Positions 41,204-51,426 of a stretch of 64,000 bases of DNA are shown one piece after another. The notes under the pieces are model-generated. The model made no database searches and had not been told where the DNA came from. It saw only the letters and a list, made by a program, of their open reading frames with translations. The stretch spans positions 32,001 to 96,000 of the forward strand of contig JAVKHO010000008.1 in the NCBI GenBank assembly GCA_031459915.1. The letters are read 5' to 3'. The first letter of the stretch is position 1. Every line of letters starts with the position of its first letter. The translations under genes and the position numbers were made by a program. Origin of the DNA: Candidatus Tepidifontimicrobium thermophilum (GTDB lineage Bacteria; Sysuimicrobiota; Sysuimicrobiia; Sysuimicrobiales; Sysuimicrobiaceae).

Positions 41204-42175
41204 GTGGAACGAGCCCTGATGTTGGAGTTCGTGCAGGTGACAGAGGCTGCAGCCCTGGCCGCGGCCCGCCTCATGGGACGGGGCGACGGTGAGGCGGTGG
41301 ACCGGGTGGCGGTGGAGGCCATGCGGGGCGCGCTGGCCCAGCTACCCATCCGCGGCCGGGTGGTCATCGGGGAGGGCGAGCGGGACGAGGCGCCCATGCT
41401 GTACATCGGCGAGGAGGTGGGCGCGGGTACGGGCTACCCGGTGGACATGGCGGTGGATCCCGTGGAGGGCACCACCCTGGTGGCTCGGGGTCAGCCCAAC
41501 GCCATCTCCGTCATTGCCGCCAGCGAGCGGGGCGGGATCCTGCACGCTCCCGACGTGTACATGGAAAAGCTCATCGTCGGGCCTGCCGCGGCGGGCCGGG
41601 TGGATCTGCGGTGGCCGACAGCGCGGAACCTGAGCACCATCGCCAGCTCCCTGCGGCGGAGCGTGCAGGACATCACGGTGGTGATCCTGGACCGGCCCCG
41701 CCACGCGGGACTCATCGAGCAGGTGCGCGAGGCGGGCGCCCGGATCCGGTTGATTTCCGACGGGGACGTCAGCGCCGCCATCGCGGCCGCCCTCTCGGGC
41801 ACCGGGGTGCACGCGGTGATGGGGATCGGGGGCGCTCCGGAGGGAGTGCTGGCGGCCGCGGCCCTGCGCTGTCTCGGCGGGGAGATCCAGGGCCGGTTCT
41901 GGTTCCGCAACGACGAGGAGCGGGAGCGGGTCCGGGGGATGGGGGTGGACGACCCCGACCGGGTCTTCCTCACCGAGGACCTGGTCCCGGGGCGCGAGGT
42001 GGTGTTCTCCTGCACCGGGATCACGGACGGGGACCTGTTCAAGGGGGTGTTGTTCTTCGCCGGTGGTCAGCGCACCCATACCCTGGTCATGGGTGCGCGC
42101 TGCGGGGAGATCCGATTCGTGGATTCCGTGCACGTGGCCGACCGTGAGCGGGTAGGGCCCATCCGGCTCTTCTGA
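41204..42175 (+). CDS. glpX: Class II fructose-1,6-bisphosphatase
   Basis: [33 protein letters not shown]. Confidence 0.97.
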   Translation: MERALMLEFVQVTEAAALAAARLMGRGDGEAVDRVAVEAMRGALAQLPIRGRVVIGEGERDEAPMLYIGEEVGAGTGYPVDMAVDPVEGTTLVARGQPNAISVIAASERGGILHAPDVYMEKLIVGPAAAGRVDLRWPTARNLSTIASSLRRSVQDITVVILDRPRHAGLIEQVREAGARIRLISDGDVSAAIAAALSGTGVHAVMGIGGAPEGVLAAAALRCLGGEIQGRFWFRNDEERERVRGMGVDDPDRVFLTEDLVPGREVVFSCTGITDGDLFKGVLFFAGGQRTHTLVMGARCGEIRFVDSVHVADRERVGPIRLF

Positions 42176-42181
42176 AGGGCT

Positions 42182-43531
42182 TCAGGCCCGGGCGCGAGAC
42201 TCCCACTCGTGGAGCCAGTTGCGCAGCAGGTCCGCGAGGGTCGGGGAGCCCACCTCCTCCAGCTCGTACCGGACCCTGGCGGCGGGCTTGTCCAGGCGCA
42301 GCAACCGTCGCAGGTCCACGGGGGTTCCCACCACCACCGCGTCCGCCTCGGCGCGCAGGAGGGTTTGCTCGAGCTCCCGCAGCTGCTCGCCTCCGTACCC
42401 CATGGCCGGCAGCACCTGGGTGAGGTGCGGGTAGTCGCGGAACACTTGCTGCAGGCTGCCCACCGCGTACGGCCGCGGGTCCACCACCACCGCCCCCAGT
42501 CGGCGGGCGGCCAGAAGCCCGGCGCCGTAAGGCATCCCGCCGTGCGTCACGGTGGGCCCGTCCTCCACGACGACCACCCTACATCCCACCACTACCTCCG
42601 GGCGATCCACCTGGATGGGCGAGGCCGCCTCCACCACCACCGCGCCGGGGTTGGCGGACCGGACGTTCCGCACCACCTCCTCCACCGCCTCCCGGGGTGC
42701 GGTGTCCACCTTGTTGACCACCACCACGTGGGCCATGCGGAGGTTGACCTCTCCAGGGTGGTAGCGCAGCTCGTGGCCGGCCCGGTGGGGGTCGGCTACC
42801 ACCACGTAGCGGTCGGGCCAGACGAACGGGAAGTCGTTGTTGCCTCCGTCCCACACCAGGACCTCGGCCTCCGCCTCGGCTCTGCGGAACACCTCCCCGT
42901 AGTCCACACCCGCGTACACCGGCACGCCCACGGCCACGTGGGGCTCGTACTCCTCGCGCTCCTCCACCGTCAGGGGCGTGCGGTCCAGGTCCTCCCACGA
43001 AGCGAATCGCTGCACCGCCTGGGCCACGAGGTCGCCGTAGGCCATGGGGTGGCGGACCACCACCACCCGCTTCCCCCACTCGCGCAAAAGGCGCGCCAGC
43101 TTGCGGGCCGTCTGGCTCTTGCCGCTGCCCGTGCGCACCGCACCGACGGCCACCACCGGCACGCGGACCCGCAACATGGTGTCTTCTGGGCCCAGGAAGC
43201 GGACGCTGCTGCCCGCGGCCAGCGCCCGGGAGGCCACGTGCATCACGTGCTCGTGGGAGACGTCACTGTAGCTGAACACCACCTCCCGGACGCCCTCCCG
43301 GCGGATCCACGCCTCCATCTCCTCCTCGGGCACGATGGGGATCCCCTCCGGGTAGCCGGGACCTGCTAGCTCCGGTGGGTACCGTCGGCCTGCGAGGTTG
43401 GGGATCTGGGTGGCGGTGAACGCCACCACCCGGTAGTCCGGCCGGTGGCGGAAGTACACGTTGAAGTTGTGGAAGTCCCGGCCGCCGGCCCCCAAGATCA
43501 GCACGCGGACGGGTTCGGCCACCACGCTCAC
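42182..43531 (-). CDS. COG2403 P-loop enzyme (annotated cyclic 2,3-diphosphoglycerate synthase-like/GTPase; probable ArcE arginine synthetase subfamily)
   Basis: GAGGRDFHNFN, AFTATQIP, RTGSGKSQT, EEREEYEPH, WDGGNND, EDGPTVTHGGM; GTG overlaps the argS stop. Confidence 0.8.
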   Translation of the reverse strand: MSVVAEPVRVLILGAGGRDFHNFNVYFRHRPDYRVVAFTATQIPNLAGRRYPPELAGPGYPEGIPIVPEEEMEAWIRREGVREVVFSYSDVSHEHVMHVASRALAAGSSVRFLGPEDTMLRVRVPVVAVGAVRTGSGKSQTARKLARLLREWGKRVVVVRHPMAYGDLVAQAVQRFASWEDLDRTPLTVEEREEYEPHVAVGVPVYAGVDYGEVFRRAEAEAEVLVWDGGNNDFPFVWPDRYVVVADPHRAGHELRYHPGEVNLRMAHVVVVNKVDTAPREAVEEVVRNVRSANPGAVVVEAASPIQVDRPEVVVGCRVVVVEDGPTVTHGGMPYGAGLLAARRLGAVVVDPRPYAVGSLQQVFRDYPHLTQVLPAMGYGGEQLRELEQTLLRAEADAVVVGTPVDLRRLLRLDKPAARVRYELEEVGSPTLADLLRNWLHEWESRARA

Positions 43532-45357
43532 ATGACCTCGGGGGCGGGGACCCCCAACAGTTCCAGGCCGGTACGCAGCACGTCCCGCACCTGGCGCACC
43601 AGGGCCAGCCGGACGCCCCGCAGCCCCGGCGGTGCCTGGAGGACGGGGGTAGCGGGGCTTCCGTCCGGGCGGCGGGCGTTGTAGTAAGCGTTCCACGCGG
43701 CGGCTAGGTCCAGCAGGTACTGGGCCAGAACGTGCGGGGTGCGCTGGGCCGCGGCCGCGGCCACCACGTCCGGGAAGTCCAGCAACGCGCGGGCCACCGG
43801 CCTCTCGTACTCCGTGGCCTGCGCGAAGTCCGGTTCCTCGGTCAGCACGCCCGCCTCCTCCGCCCGGCGCAGGATGGAGGCCGCCCGGGCGTGGGCGTAC
43901 TGCACGTACGGCCCGCTGTCCCCGTCGAAGGACAGGGCCTGCTCCCAGCGGAAGTCGATCTGCCGGCGGGGTTCTGTCTTCACCATGGCGAACCGTACCG
44001 CGCCGATCCCCACCTGCTCGGCGGCCGACTCCGGGTCGGGGTGTTCAGGGTTCTTTTCCGCCACCACCGCCCGCGCCCTGCGGTGCGCCTCGTCCAGCAC
44101 CTCGTCCACGGAGACCGTGTGACCCCGGCGGCCAGAGATCCGGCGGCCCTCCAGGGTCACGGTCTCGTAGGCCAGGTGGTGGGCGCCCTCCGCCAGGTCC
44201 GGCCGGCCGGCCACGGCCAGGGCGGTCCGCACCACCCGCTGGGGGTAGCTCTGGGTGGCGTCGATGACGTTGATGGTCTCCTCGCAGCCTCCGAACCGCA
44301 CCGAGCGGTCGCCCTCCGGGTGGGAGGTGTACAGGAGGCGGCCGGAGGGCTGCCGGGTGAAAGGCCGGAAGCCCAGGCCCTGCAGCAGCCCCATCTTCCA
44401 GAACTGGAAGGCGATGTCCTTGGCCGGGTAGGTGGCGGTGCCATCGGACCGGACCAGTACCAGGTAGGGGTCCTCCAGCCCCTGTACGAACGACGACGTG
44501 TCCATCACCAGGGCCCCCGCGTACTTCCCCTCACGGGGTCGTTGCACGTAGGGGGTGTGTTCCAACAGGGCCAGGGCCTGCTGCAGGAGACCTTCCCGTA
44601 CGAGGTCAGACTCCCACACCAGCGCGTCGTACTCCGCGCCCAGGCGCCACATGGTGTCCAGCTGCGCCCGCAGGACGCGCTCTACCGCCGACCGCAGCTC
44701 CCCGGCTTCCAGCCGGTGGAGCACCGCCCGCACGCCTGCCTCGAGCTCCTCCCGGAGGCGCGGATCCTCCATCTCCCGGTGCAGGCGGACGTACGCCTGG
44801 CCCACCCAGTGGTCGTACTTGGTGACGCCGTCGTAGCGCAGCCCGTACCGCTCCACGGCGAACAAGGTCTCCGCCACCTGGCGGCCGGTGTCGTCGATGT
44901 AGTTGAGGACCTGGACCTCATAGCCGGCGTATCGGAGGATGCGGCTCAGGGCGTCACCTAGGGCGATGTTGCGCAGGTGGCCCACGTGCAGCTCTTTGTT
45001 CGGGTTGACGGAGGTGTGCTCCACCAGCACCCTCCGCCCCACCGGCGCAGGCGGGCGGAGGGGTTCGGTGGCTGCCCGGACCAACTCTCCTAGCCCCACG
45101 GTGAAGTTCACATACCCGCCTGCTGCCTCCGCACCGACCACGCCGGGCGGCAGGCAGACCCGGGCGGCCAGCTCCTGAGCGATCTCCGCGGGAGGACGGC
45201 GCAGGACTCGCGCGAGGGAGAAGGCCACCGGGGTGCCGTAGTCGCCGGGCCGGTCCGGCGGGGTCGGTTGCACCGGCACGTCCACGGACTCCTCCACCCC
45301 GAGCAGGGCCAGTGCCTGCTCTAGGGCCCTTTGCAGCTCCGCCTTGAGGTTCCGCAC
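43528..45357 (-). CDS. argS: Arginine--tRNA ligase
   Basis: VEHTSVNPNKELHVGHLRN (HIGH), RSDGTATY, GPYVQYAHAR, C-terminal APEVM. Confidence 0.96.
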   Translation of the reverse strand: MRNLKAELQRALEQALALLGVEESVDVPVQPTPPDRPGDYGTPVAFSLARVLRRPPAEIAQELAARVCLPPGVVGAEAAGGYVNFTVGLGELVRAATEPLRPPAPVGRRVLVEHTSVNPNKELHVGHLRNIALGDALSRILRYAGYEVQVLNYIDDTGRQVAETLFAVERYGLRYDGVTKYDHWVGQAYVRLHREMEDPRLREELEAGVRAVLHRLEAGELRSAVERVLRAQLDTMWRLGAEYDALVWESDLVREGLLQQALALLEHTPYVQRPREGKYAGALVMDTSSFVQGLEDPYLVLVRSDGTATYPAKDIAFQFWKMGLLQGLGFRPFTRQPSGRLLYTSHPEGDRSVRFGGCEETINVIDATQSYPQRVVRTALAVAGRPDLAEGAHHLAYETVTLEGRRISGRRGHTVSVDEVLDEAHRRARAVVAEKNPEHPDPESAAEQVGIGAVRFAMVKTEPRRQIDFRWEQALSFDGDSGPYVQYAHARAASILRRAEEAGVLTEEPDFAQATEYERPVARALLDFPDVVAAAAAQRTPHVLAQYLLDLAAAWNAYYNARRPDGSPATPVLQAPPGLRGVRLALVRQVRDVLRTGLELLGVPAPEVM

Positions 45358-45394
45358 TCCCGGACCATGGTAACAGGACCCGCGCGGCTCCGGA

Positions 45395-45409
45395 TGGTAT
45401 AATGCGGCC
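45395..45409 (+). promoter_or_regulatory. Extended -10 promoter TGgTATAAT for a leaderless gene
   Basis: TATAAT at 45398-45403, 6 nt before GTG 45410. Confidence 0.7.
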
Positions 45410-45745
45410 GTGAGCGCGGCGCGGGAGCTGCTGGACCGGGTGGTGCGCTCGGTGCGGGAGGGTGCCACCTCGGTGGCGCGCGAGTCCGAGAGGCTCGCCC
45501 GGGCGGCCCGGGTGCGTCTGGAGATCGGGACGCTGCAGGCCCGCCTGGAAAACCGCTACACGGACATCGGGCGGCTGGTGCACGCGAGGTACCGGGCGGG
45601 CACCCTGCAGGACCCAGAGCTGGCGGCCCTGTGCGAGCCCGCGGAGGCGCTGGAAGTGGAGATCCGCCGGCTCGAACAGGAGCTGGCGGACCTGCGCAGC
45701 GCGGAGGCGGCCCGGGTCGGGCCTGACCACCGTCCCGGCGAGTAG
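45410..45745 (+). CDS. Small helical/coiled-coil hypothetical protein
   Basis: Consensus promoter directly upstream; heptad-rich 111-aa ORF. Confidence 0.7.
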   Translation: MSAARELLDRVVRSVREGATSVARESERLARAARVRLEIGTLQARLENRYTDIGRLVHARYRAGTLQDPELAALCEPAEALEVEIRRLEQELADLRSAEAARVGPDHRPGE

Positions 45746-45836
45746 CTAGTCCCGGCACGTGGGGACGCCAGGCCCAGGGGAACGGGTTGCCGCGTCGGTG
45801 AGCAGTTCCCCCTTGACGGAGACCTGAGGAGGTCCA

Positions 45837-47090
45837 GTGGGTGTGTTTGGCCGGAGGCACGTTTGCGCGGTCCTGCTGGCGGCCGTGCTCGCCCTACCCG
45901 CGTGGGGCCAGATCTTCACCGACGTGGCGGGCCGGCCGGAGCAGCGGATGCTGGACAAGCTGGCGGCCAGAGGGGTGTTCCCCATCCCCCAGGACCGCCG
46001 CTTCCAGCCGGAAGAACGCATCACCCGTCTGGACTTCTTCACCGCCCTGGCCCGGGCGGTGGGACTGCGGGAGGGCGGGGGCGCCCTGCCGGACTACCGG
46101 GACGCTCAGGAGATCCCCTCCGGTGCGCGCGGCCTGCTGGCGGCCCTGGCCAGCGCGGGAACCGTCAACCAGCGCAAGGCGGTCCGCAAGGTGCAGGAGT
46201 GGGAGGTGATCCTGGAGACGGACAAGGGGACCTACGGGCCCGGGGAGGAGATCGGGCTCACCCTGTCCCTGCGCAACACGTCCGGCCAGGCCGCTCAGGT
46301 GGAGTTCCCCACGTCGCAGCGCTACGACTTCGTGATCCGCAGCCCGTCCGGGGAGGAGGTGGCCCGCTGGTCTTTGGGCCAGCAGTTCACCGCCCAGGGC
46401 CTGAAGCTGACGGTGCAGCCCAACCAGCAGGTGGTCCTCGGGGACACGAAGTGGAAGCAGCTGGACCAGAACGACCGGCCGGTGCCGCCGGGCCGGTACG
46501 AGTTGGTGGGCGTGGTCACCGCGCGGCCCCAGCCCATGACGGTGACCATCTTTTTCACCAAGGGGTTCGTGACCAGCTTCCCCGACAACACCTTCCGGCC
46601 GCGGGCGCCCATCTCGCGGGCGGAGGTGGCGGAGCTGGCCGCGCGGGTGAGCGGGCTGGAGCAGGAGGCGCTGGCCAAGCGCGGTGGCCCCATCCCCGCG
46701 CAGGACGCCCAGGAGGTGAAACCGGAACACCGCGGATACGTGGCCCTGGCGGTGGAACGGAAGTTCCTCCTGCTCTCGGACGGACGGGTGCGGGCCAACG
46801 ACCCCGCCACGCGGCTGGACGCGGCGGTAGCGCTGGACGGGGTCATGAACGTCCTGGGCCGGTACAGCTTCGTGCGCGGCCGCTTCCGGTCCATCCAGCC
46901 CGGGAACCCGTCCATCCTGTCCGTGACCGACGGGCCCACCATCCGCAGCTTCCGCCTGGGCCCGGTGGTGGCGGTTTACCGGAACGACCGGCCCGCTCAG
47001 CTTCAGGACTTGAAGCCCAACGACGAATTGGCCATGCTGTTGCTGGGGGACGTGGGAGACGTGAGCTACATTGAGGCGAAGGGACCGTAG
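45837..47090 (+). CDS. S-layer homology (SLH) protein with an inserted BsuPI-like (proteinase inhibitor) domain
   Basis: Signal peptide; SLH motifs FTDV...FQPEERITR, FPDNTFRPRAPISRAE, ANDPATRLDAA; insert FPTSQRYDFVI...VARWSLGQQF. Confidence 0.8.
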   Translation: MGVFGRRHVCAVLLAAVLALPAWGQIFTDVAGRPEQRMLDKLAARGVFPIPQDRRFQPEERITRLDFFTALARAVGLREGGGALPDYRDAQEIPSGARGLLAALASAGTVNQRKAVRKVQEWEVILETDKGTYGPGEEIGLTLSLRNTSGQAAQVEFPTSQRYDFVIRSPSGEEVARWSLGQQFTAQGLKLTVQPNQQVVLGDTKWKQLDQNDRPVPPGRYELVGVVTARPQPMTVTIFFTKGFVTSFPDNTFRPRAPISRAEVAELAARVSGLEQEALAKRGGPIPAQDAQEVKPEHRGYVALAVERKFLLLSDGRVRANDPATRLDAAVALDGVMNVLGRYSFVRGRFRSIQPGNPSILSVTDGPTIRSFRLGPVVAVYRNDRPAQLQDLKPNDELAMLLLGDVGDVSYIEAKGP

Positions 47091-47102
47091 CGGAGCCCGC
47101 GC

Positions 47103-47786
47103 ATGCGCCTCTTCCTGGACACCGCCAACCCTGACCAGATCCGTACCGCGGCGTCGTGGGGGATCCTGGACGGGGTGACCACGAACCCGACCCTGATGGC
47201 GCGGGAGGGGCGGGAGCCGCGGGAGCTCGTGCGGGAGATCGCCCGCTGGGTCTCCGGCCCCATCAGCGTGGAGACCACCAGCCTGGACGCGGAGGGCATG
47301 ATCCAGGAGGCCCGGGAGTTTGTGGGCTGGGCTCCGAACGTGGTGGTCAAGGTGCCCATGACGCCGGAGGGCTTGCGGGCGGTGGTGGCCCTCCGGGGGG
47401 AGGGCATCCGCACCAACGTGACTCTGGTGTTCACGCCGGTGCAGGCGTTGCTGGCGGCGAAGGCGGGTGCGACGTTCGTCAGCCCCTTCGTGGGTCGGCT
47501 GGACGACATCGGCCACGTGGGGATGGACACGGTCCGGCAGGCGGTGGAGATCCTGCGGCGGTACGGGTTCCCCACCCAGGTGCTGGCCGCCAGCCTGCGG
47601 CACCCCCTGCACGTGCTGGAAGCGGCACGGGCAGGAGCGGACATCGCCACCATGCCCTTCGCCACGATGGAGCAGCTGTTCCGCCACCCGCTCACGGACC
47701 AGGGGCTGGAGCGGTTCCTGGCGGACTGGCGCAGGCTGCAGGCGGAGCTATCTAGCCGCACCGCCGCGCCCGCCGGGGGGTCGTAG
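47103..47786 (+). CDS. tal: Transaldolase / fructose-6-phosphate aldolase (FSA/TalC family)
   Basis: [38 protein letters not shown]. Confidence 0.93.
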   Translation: MRLFLDTANPDQIRTAASWGILDGVTTNPTLMAREGREPRELVREIARWVSGPISVETTSLDAEGMIQEAREFVGWAPNVVVKVPMTPEGLRAVVALRGEGIRTNVTLVFTPVQALLAAKAGATFVSPFVGRLDDIGHVGMDTVRQAVEILRRYGFPTQVLAASLRHPLHVLEAARAGADIATMPFATMEQLFRHPLTDQGLERFLADWRRLQAELSSRTAAPAGGS

Positions 47787-47900
47787 GAGCGACCCGCACC
47801 CCGGGCGCGGAGCTTCGGAACGGCGCGCCTTGCAGAACGCCGAGACGTCCCCGGTCGGCCCGGCCGGGCGGCAGCGGACACACGGGCACAGGAACTGGAG

Positions 47901-49181
47901 GTGGCAACGATTCTCGCGCTGGCGGAACTGGAAGCCAAGAACCTGAACGAGCTCCAGGAGATTGCGAAGGAGCTGAACATCCCCAACTACCGCCGGTACC
48001 GCAAGCAGGAGCTCATCATGCGGATCCTGCAGGCGCAGACCGAGCAGTCGGGGCTCATGTTCCGCTCCGGGATCCTGGAGATCATGCCGGAGGGCTACGG
48101 GTTCCTGCGATCCAGCGGGTACCTGCCCGGCTCGGAGGACATCTACGTGTCCCCCTCCCAGATCAAACGGTTCGGGCTGCGGGTGGGGGACGAGGTCCTG
48201 GGACAGGTGAGGCCCCCCAAGGACAACGAAAAGTACTACGCCCTCCTGCGGGTGGAGGCGGTGAACGGCCTGGATCCCGAGCAGGCGCGCAGCCGTCCCC
48301 ACTTCGAGCAACTGACCCCGGTCTTCCCGTACGAGCGCTTCCGCCTGGAGACCGGCAGCGACCTGACCACCCGGGTGGTGGATCTGTTCGCGCCCATCGG
48401 CAAGGGGCAGCGGGCCATGATCGTGTCCCCTCCCAAGGCGGGGAAGACCACGCTGTTGAAGAAGATCGGGCAGGCCATCGTGCAGAACCACCCCGAGGTG
48501 TACCTCATGGTGCTGCTGCTGGACGAGCGGCCGGAGGAGGTCACCGACATGCGTCGGTCCGTGGAGGCGGAGGTGGTGGCCAGTACCTTCGACCGGCCGC
48601 CGGAAGAGCACGTGCAGGTGGCGGACCTGGTGCTGGAGCGAGCCAAGCGGATCGTGGAGGGTAAGCGGGACGTGGTGATCCTCCTGGACAGCCTAACGCG
48701 GTTCGCGCGGGCCAACAACCTGGTGATCCCGCCCTCAGGTCGCACCCTGTCCGGTGGCCTGGATCCCGCGGCCCTGCACCGGCCCAAGCGGTTCTTCGGA
48801 GCCGCGCGCAAGATCGAGGAGGGGGGCAGCCTAACCATCGTGGCCACCGCCCTCATCGACACCGGCAGCCGTATGGACGACATGATCTACGAGGAGTTCA
48901 AGGGCACGGGGAACATGGAGCTGCACCTGAACCGCAAGCTCCAGGAGCGGCGCACGTTCCCCGCTATCGACATCAAGATGTCCGGCACCCGGCGCGAGGA
49001 ACTCCTGCTGACGGAGGAGGAGCTGCGCAAGGTGTGGGTGCTCCGCAAGTCTCTGGAGCAGCTGGACACGGTGGCCATGACGGAGCTGATCCTGGACCGG
49101 ATGCGCAAGACCCCCAACAACGCGGCCTTCCTCCGGTCCATCGTGAAGTCCTCCGAGGAAGAGATCCGGGTGGGTTCCTAA
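47901..49181 (+). CDS. rho: Transcription termination factor Rho
   Basis: [37 protein letters not shown]. Confidence 0.99.
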   Translation: MATILALAELEAKNLNELQEIAKELNIPNYRRYRKQELIMRILQAQTEQSGLMFRSGILEIMPEGYGFLRSSGYLPGSEDIYVSPSQIKRFGLRVGDEVLGQVRPPKDNEKYYALLRVEAVNGLDPEQARSRPHFEQLTPVFPYERFRLETGSDLTTRVVDLFAPIGKGQRAMIVSPPKAGKTTLLKKIGQAIVQNHPEVYLMVLLLDERPEEVTDMRRSVEAEVVASTFDRPPEEHVQVADLVLERAKRIVEGKRDVVILLDSLTRFARANNLVIPPSGRTLSGGLDPAALHRPKRFFGAARKIEEGGSLTIVATALIDTGSRMDDMIYEEFKGTGNMELHLNRKLQERRTFPAIDIKMSGTRREELLLTEEELRKVWVLRKSLEQLDTVAMTELILDRMRKTPNNAAFLRSIVKSSEEEIRVGS

Positions 49182-49375
49182 AGAACAACGGATCCCCCAA
49201 CCTCGCCAGGGGCCACGCGCGAAGCTGGGATAGATTGAGGGCCAGGTCGCTCGTGGCGGGCATTCGTTCGAATCTATCCCTGTTGACAACCTAGCCTATA
49301 ATCTATGCGTCCGCTGTTGCGCGGGCGTCGTCCGTAGCAGCAACCATACTCAGGTAAGGATACCCGGGAGGGGCG

Positions 49376-50389
49376 TTGCGACGCGCCGCTTTCCGAGCCC
49401 TGGCTGTGTGCGTGGTGCTGTTGCTCCCGGGCCCGCGCACCGGCTCCACAGAGGTTCACAGGGCCACTGACCGCGCGGCTTCGGGTTCCGTGGTGTTCCG
49501 CGAGCCTCCGCGTCCGCGGCTGCCCGAGGTCGTCCAGCCTCCGGCGTTTCTGGTGGCCCGCGACAGGCCCCGTGGTTCACCGGCGAGCACCCCCAAGGCT
49601 GACCGGCGCCCGAAGAAGAGGGCTCCGCAGATGGCGGCTCAGGGGGTAGCGTCCCAGCGGTACACCGTGGTGGAGGGGGACACCCTGTGGGGAATCGCGC
49701 GCCGGTTCGGGACCACGGTGGACGCGCTGGTGGAGGTCAACGGGATCTCGGAGGCAGAGTTCCTCCGCCCGGGTCAGGTTCTTCGGGTCCCCTCCCCAGG
49801 CGAAGGTACCAGACGCCGCCCGGCGGTGGCGTCCACCTACACCGTCCGTAAGGGCGACACCCTGTGGGCCATCGCCCTCAAGACCGGGGTGCCGGTGGAG
49901 CAGCTGGCGGAGGTCAACGGGATCCGCGGGGACCGCCTCCAGATCGGGCAGAAGCTGGTGATCCCCACGGGCCCTGCCGCGGGCCCGCAGGCCGCCCGGG
50001 CTTTACCCCGCACCCGCGCGGCGGTGGCATACCTGTGGCCGGCCCGGGGTGTGGTGACCTCGCGGTTCGGCACCCGATGGCGCCGCCACCACACCGGGGT
50101 GGACATCGCGGCACCGCGCGGAACGCCCATCCACGCCGCGCGGGACGGGCGGGTGGTGCGGGCGGGCTGGTACGGCGGGTACGGACTGGTGGTGGTTCTG
50201 GACCACGGGGACGGTATGGAGACGTGGTACGGCCATGCCTCGGCAGTGCTCGTGCGGGTCGGACAGCAGGTGGACCGCGGGCAGGTCATCGGCCGGGTGG
50301 GTTGTACGGGCGCGTGCACCGGCCCGCACGTGCACTTTGAGGTCCGGGTCCGTGGCCAGCCCGTAAACCCCCTGCGCTACCTGCCGTAG
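49376..50389 (+). CDS. LysM x2 + M23 peptidoglycan DD-metalloendopeptidase
   Basis: YTVVEGDTLWGIA, YTVRKGDTLWAIA; HTGVD, YGH, TGPHVHFE; start codon uncertain. Confidence 0.93.
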   Translation: MRRAAFRALAVCVVLLLPGPRTGSTEVHRATDRAASGSVVFREPPRPRLPEVVQPPAFLVARDRPRGSPASTPKADRRPKKRAPQMAAQGVASQRYTVVEGDTLWGIARRFGTTVDALVEVNGISEAEFLRPGQVLRVPSPGEGTRRRPAVASTYTVRKGDTLWAIALKTGVPVEQLAEVNGIRGDRLQIGQKLVIPTGPAAGPQAARALPRTRAAVAYLWPARGVVTSRFGTRWRRHHTGVDIAAPRGTPIHAARDGRVVRAGWYGGYGLVVVLDHGDGMETWYGHASAVLVRVGQQVDRGQVIGRVGCTGACTGPHVHFEVRVRGQPVNPLRYLP

Positions 50390-50520
50390 CCCTCTGGGTT
50401 GCCCACGCTGTCGTGCCCGGGTACTTCGGGATGGGGCGGGGGGGTTCCGACGTTTTCCCCGTTGAGGACTTAGACCTGCTGGTTTGCTGGGGGCGGCCGC
50501 GGGTCCGGTAGGATGGAAGC

Positions 50521-51426
50521 GTGACAGGGCGTCTGAGCTCCCCACCGAGGGCCACCATCGGCGGTCAGGCGGTCCTCGAGGGCGTGATGATCCGCGGGCC
50601 CCACTGGGTCAGCACCGCGGTGCGCCGCCCGGACGGGGCCATCGCGGAGGAGGTGCTGCACCGACCGAGCGCGCTGGTCCGCAGGCGGTGGGCGCGGCTG
50701 CCGGTGGTCCGTGGGGCGGTGGTGCTGTGGGAGGCCCTGGTGCTGGGCACGCGGGCGCTCGTGTACTCCGCCAGCCAGGCGGTAGCGGGCGAGCTGGGAC
50801 GGCCCCTCTCGAGCCGCGAGGTAGCCCTGAGCTTGGGGCTGGGCGTGGGCCTCGCGGTGGGCCTGTTCTTCGTGTTGCCCACGGTGTTGGTGCGGTGGGT
50901 GGATCCCGGTTGGGGGGTGGTGTCGTTCAACCTGGTGGAGGGGCTGGTGCGCGCTGGGGTCCTGGTGTTGTACGTGGGCGCGGTGGGGGCGTTCCCGGAG
51001 ATCCGCCGGGTGTTCATGTACCACGGCGCCGAGCACAAGGTGGTGAACGCGTGGGAGCGCGGAGTGCCGCTGGTGGTGGACGAGGTGCAGAAGCAGAGCC
51101 GGTTCCACCCCCGGTGCGGGACGTCGTTCTTGCTGGTAGTGGTCCTGGTGGCGGTGGGGGTGTTCTCGCTGCTGGGCAAGCCGCCCCTGTGGGCGCGGGT
51201 GGTTTCGCGGGTGCTGCTGGTCCCGCTGATCGCGGGCGTGGCGTACGAGGTCATCCGGGCCGGGGCGCGGTCGCGGTGGCTGCGCCCCCTGGTGGCGCCG
51301 GGGATCTGGCTGCAGCGGTTGACCACGCGGGAACCGGATCCCCGCCAGGTGGAGGTGGCCATCCGCGCCCTGCAGGCGGTGCTGGATCGAGAGGACTCAG
51401 GGTCGTTGGAGCGGACGGTGGTGTGA
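50521..51426 (+). CDS. DUF1385 domain membrane protein
   Basis: [35 protein letters not shown]. Confidence 0.92.
   Translation: MTGRLSSPPRATIGGQAVLEGVMIRGPHWVSTAVRRPDGAIAEEVLHRPSALVRRRWARLPVVRGAVVLWEALVLGTRALVYSASQAVAGELGRPLSSREVALSLGLGVGLAVGLFFVLPTVLVRWVDPGWGVVSFNLVEGLVRAGVLVLYVGAVGAFPEIRRVFMYHGAEHKVVNAWERGVPLVVDEVQKQSRFHPRCGTSFLLVVVLVAVGVFSLLGKPPLWARVVSRVLLVPLIAGVAYEVIRAGARSRWLRPLVAPGIWLQRLTTREPDPRQVEVAIRALQAVLDREDSGSLERTVV

Noticed and set aside
49225..49285. GTTCGAATC T-loop-like sequence suggesting a tRNA
   Set aside because: The flanks do not form a T-stem, and no cloverleaf or CCA end can be built
50484..51425. Apparent long N-terminal extension of RF1
   Set aside because: Gly/Ala-rich off-frame read of the DUF1385 gene; prfA starts at ATG 51426
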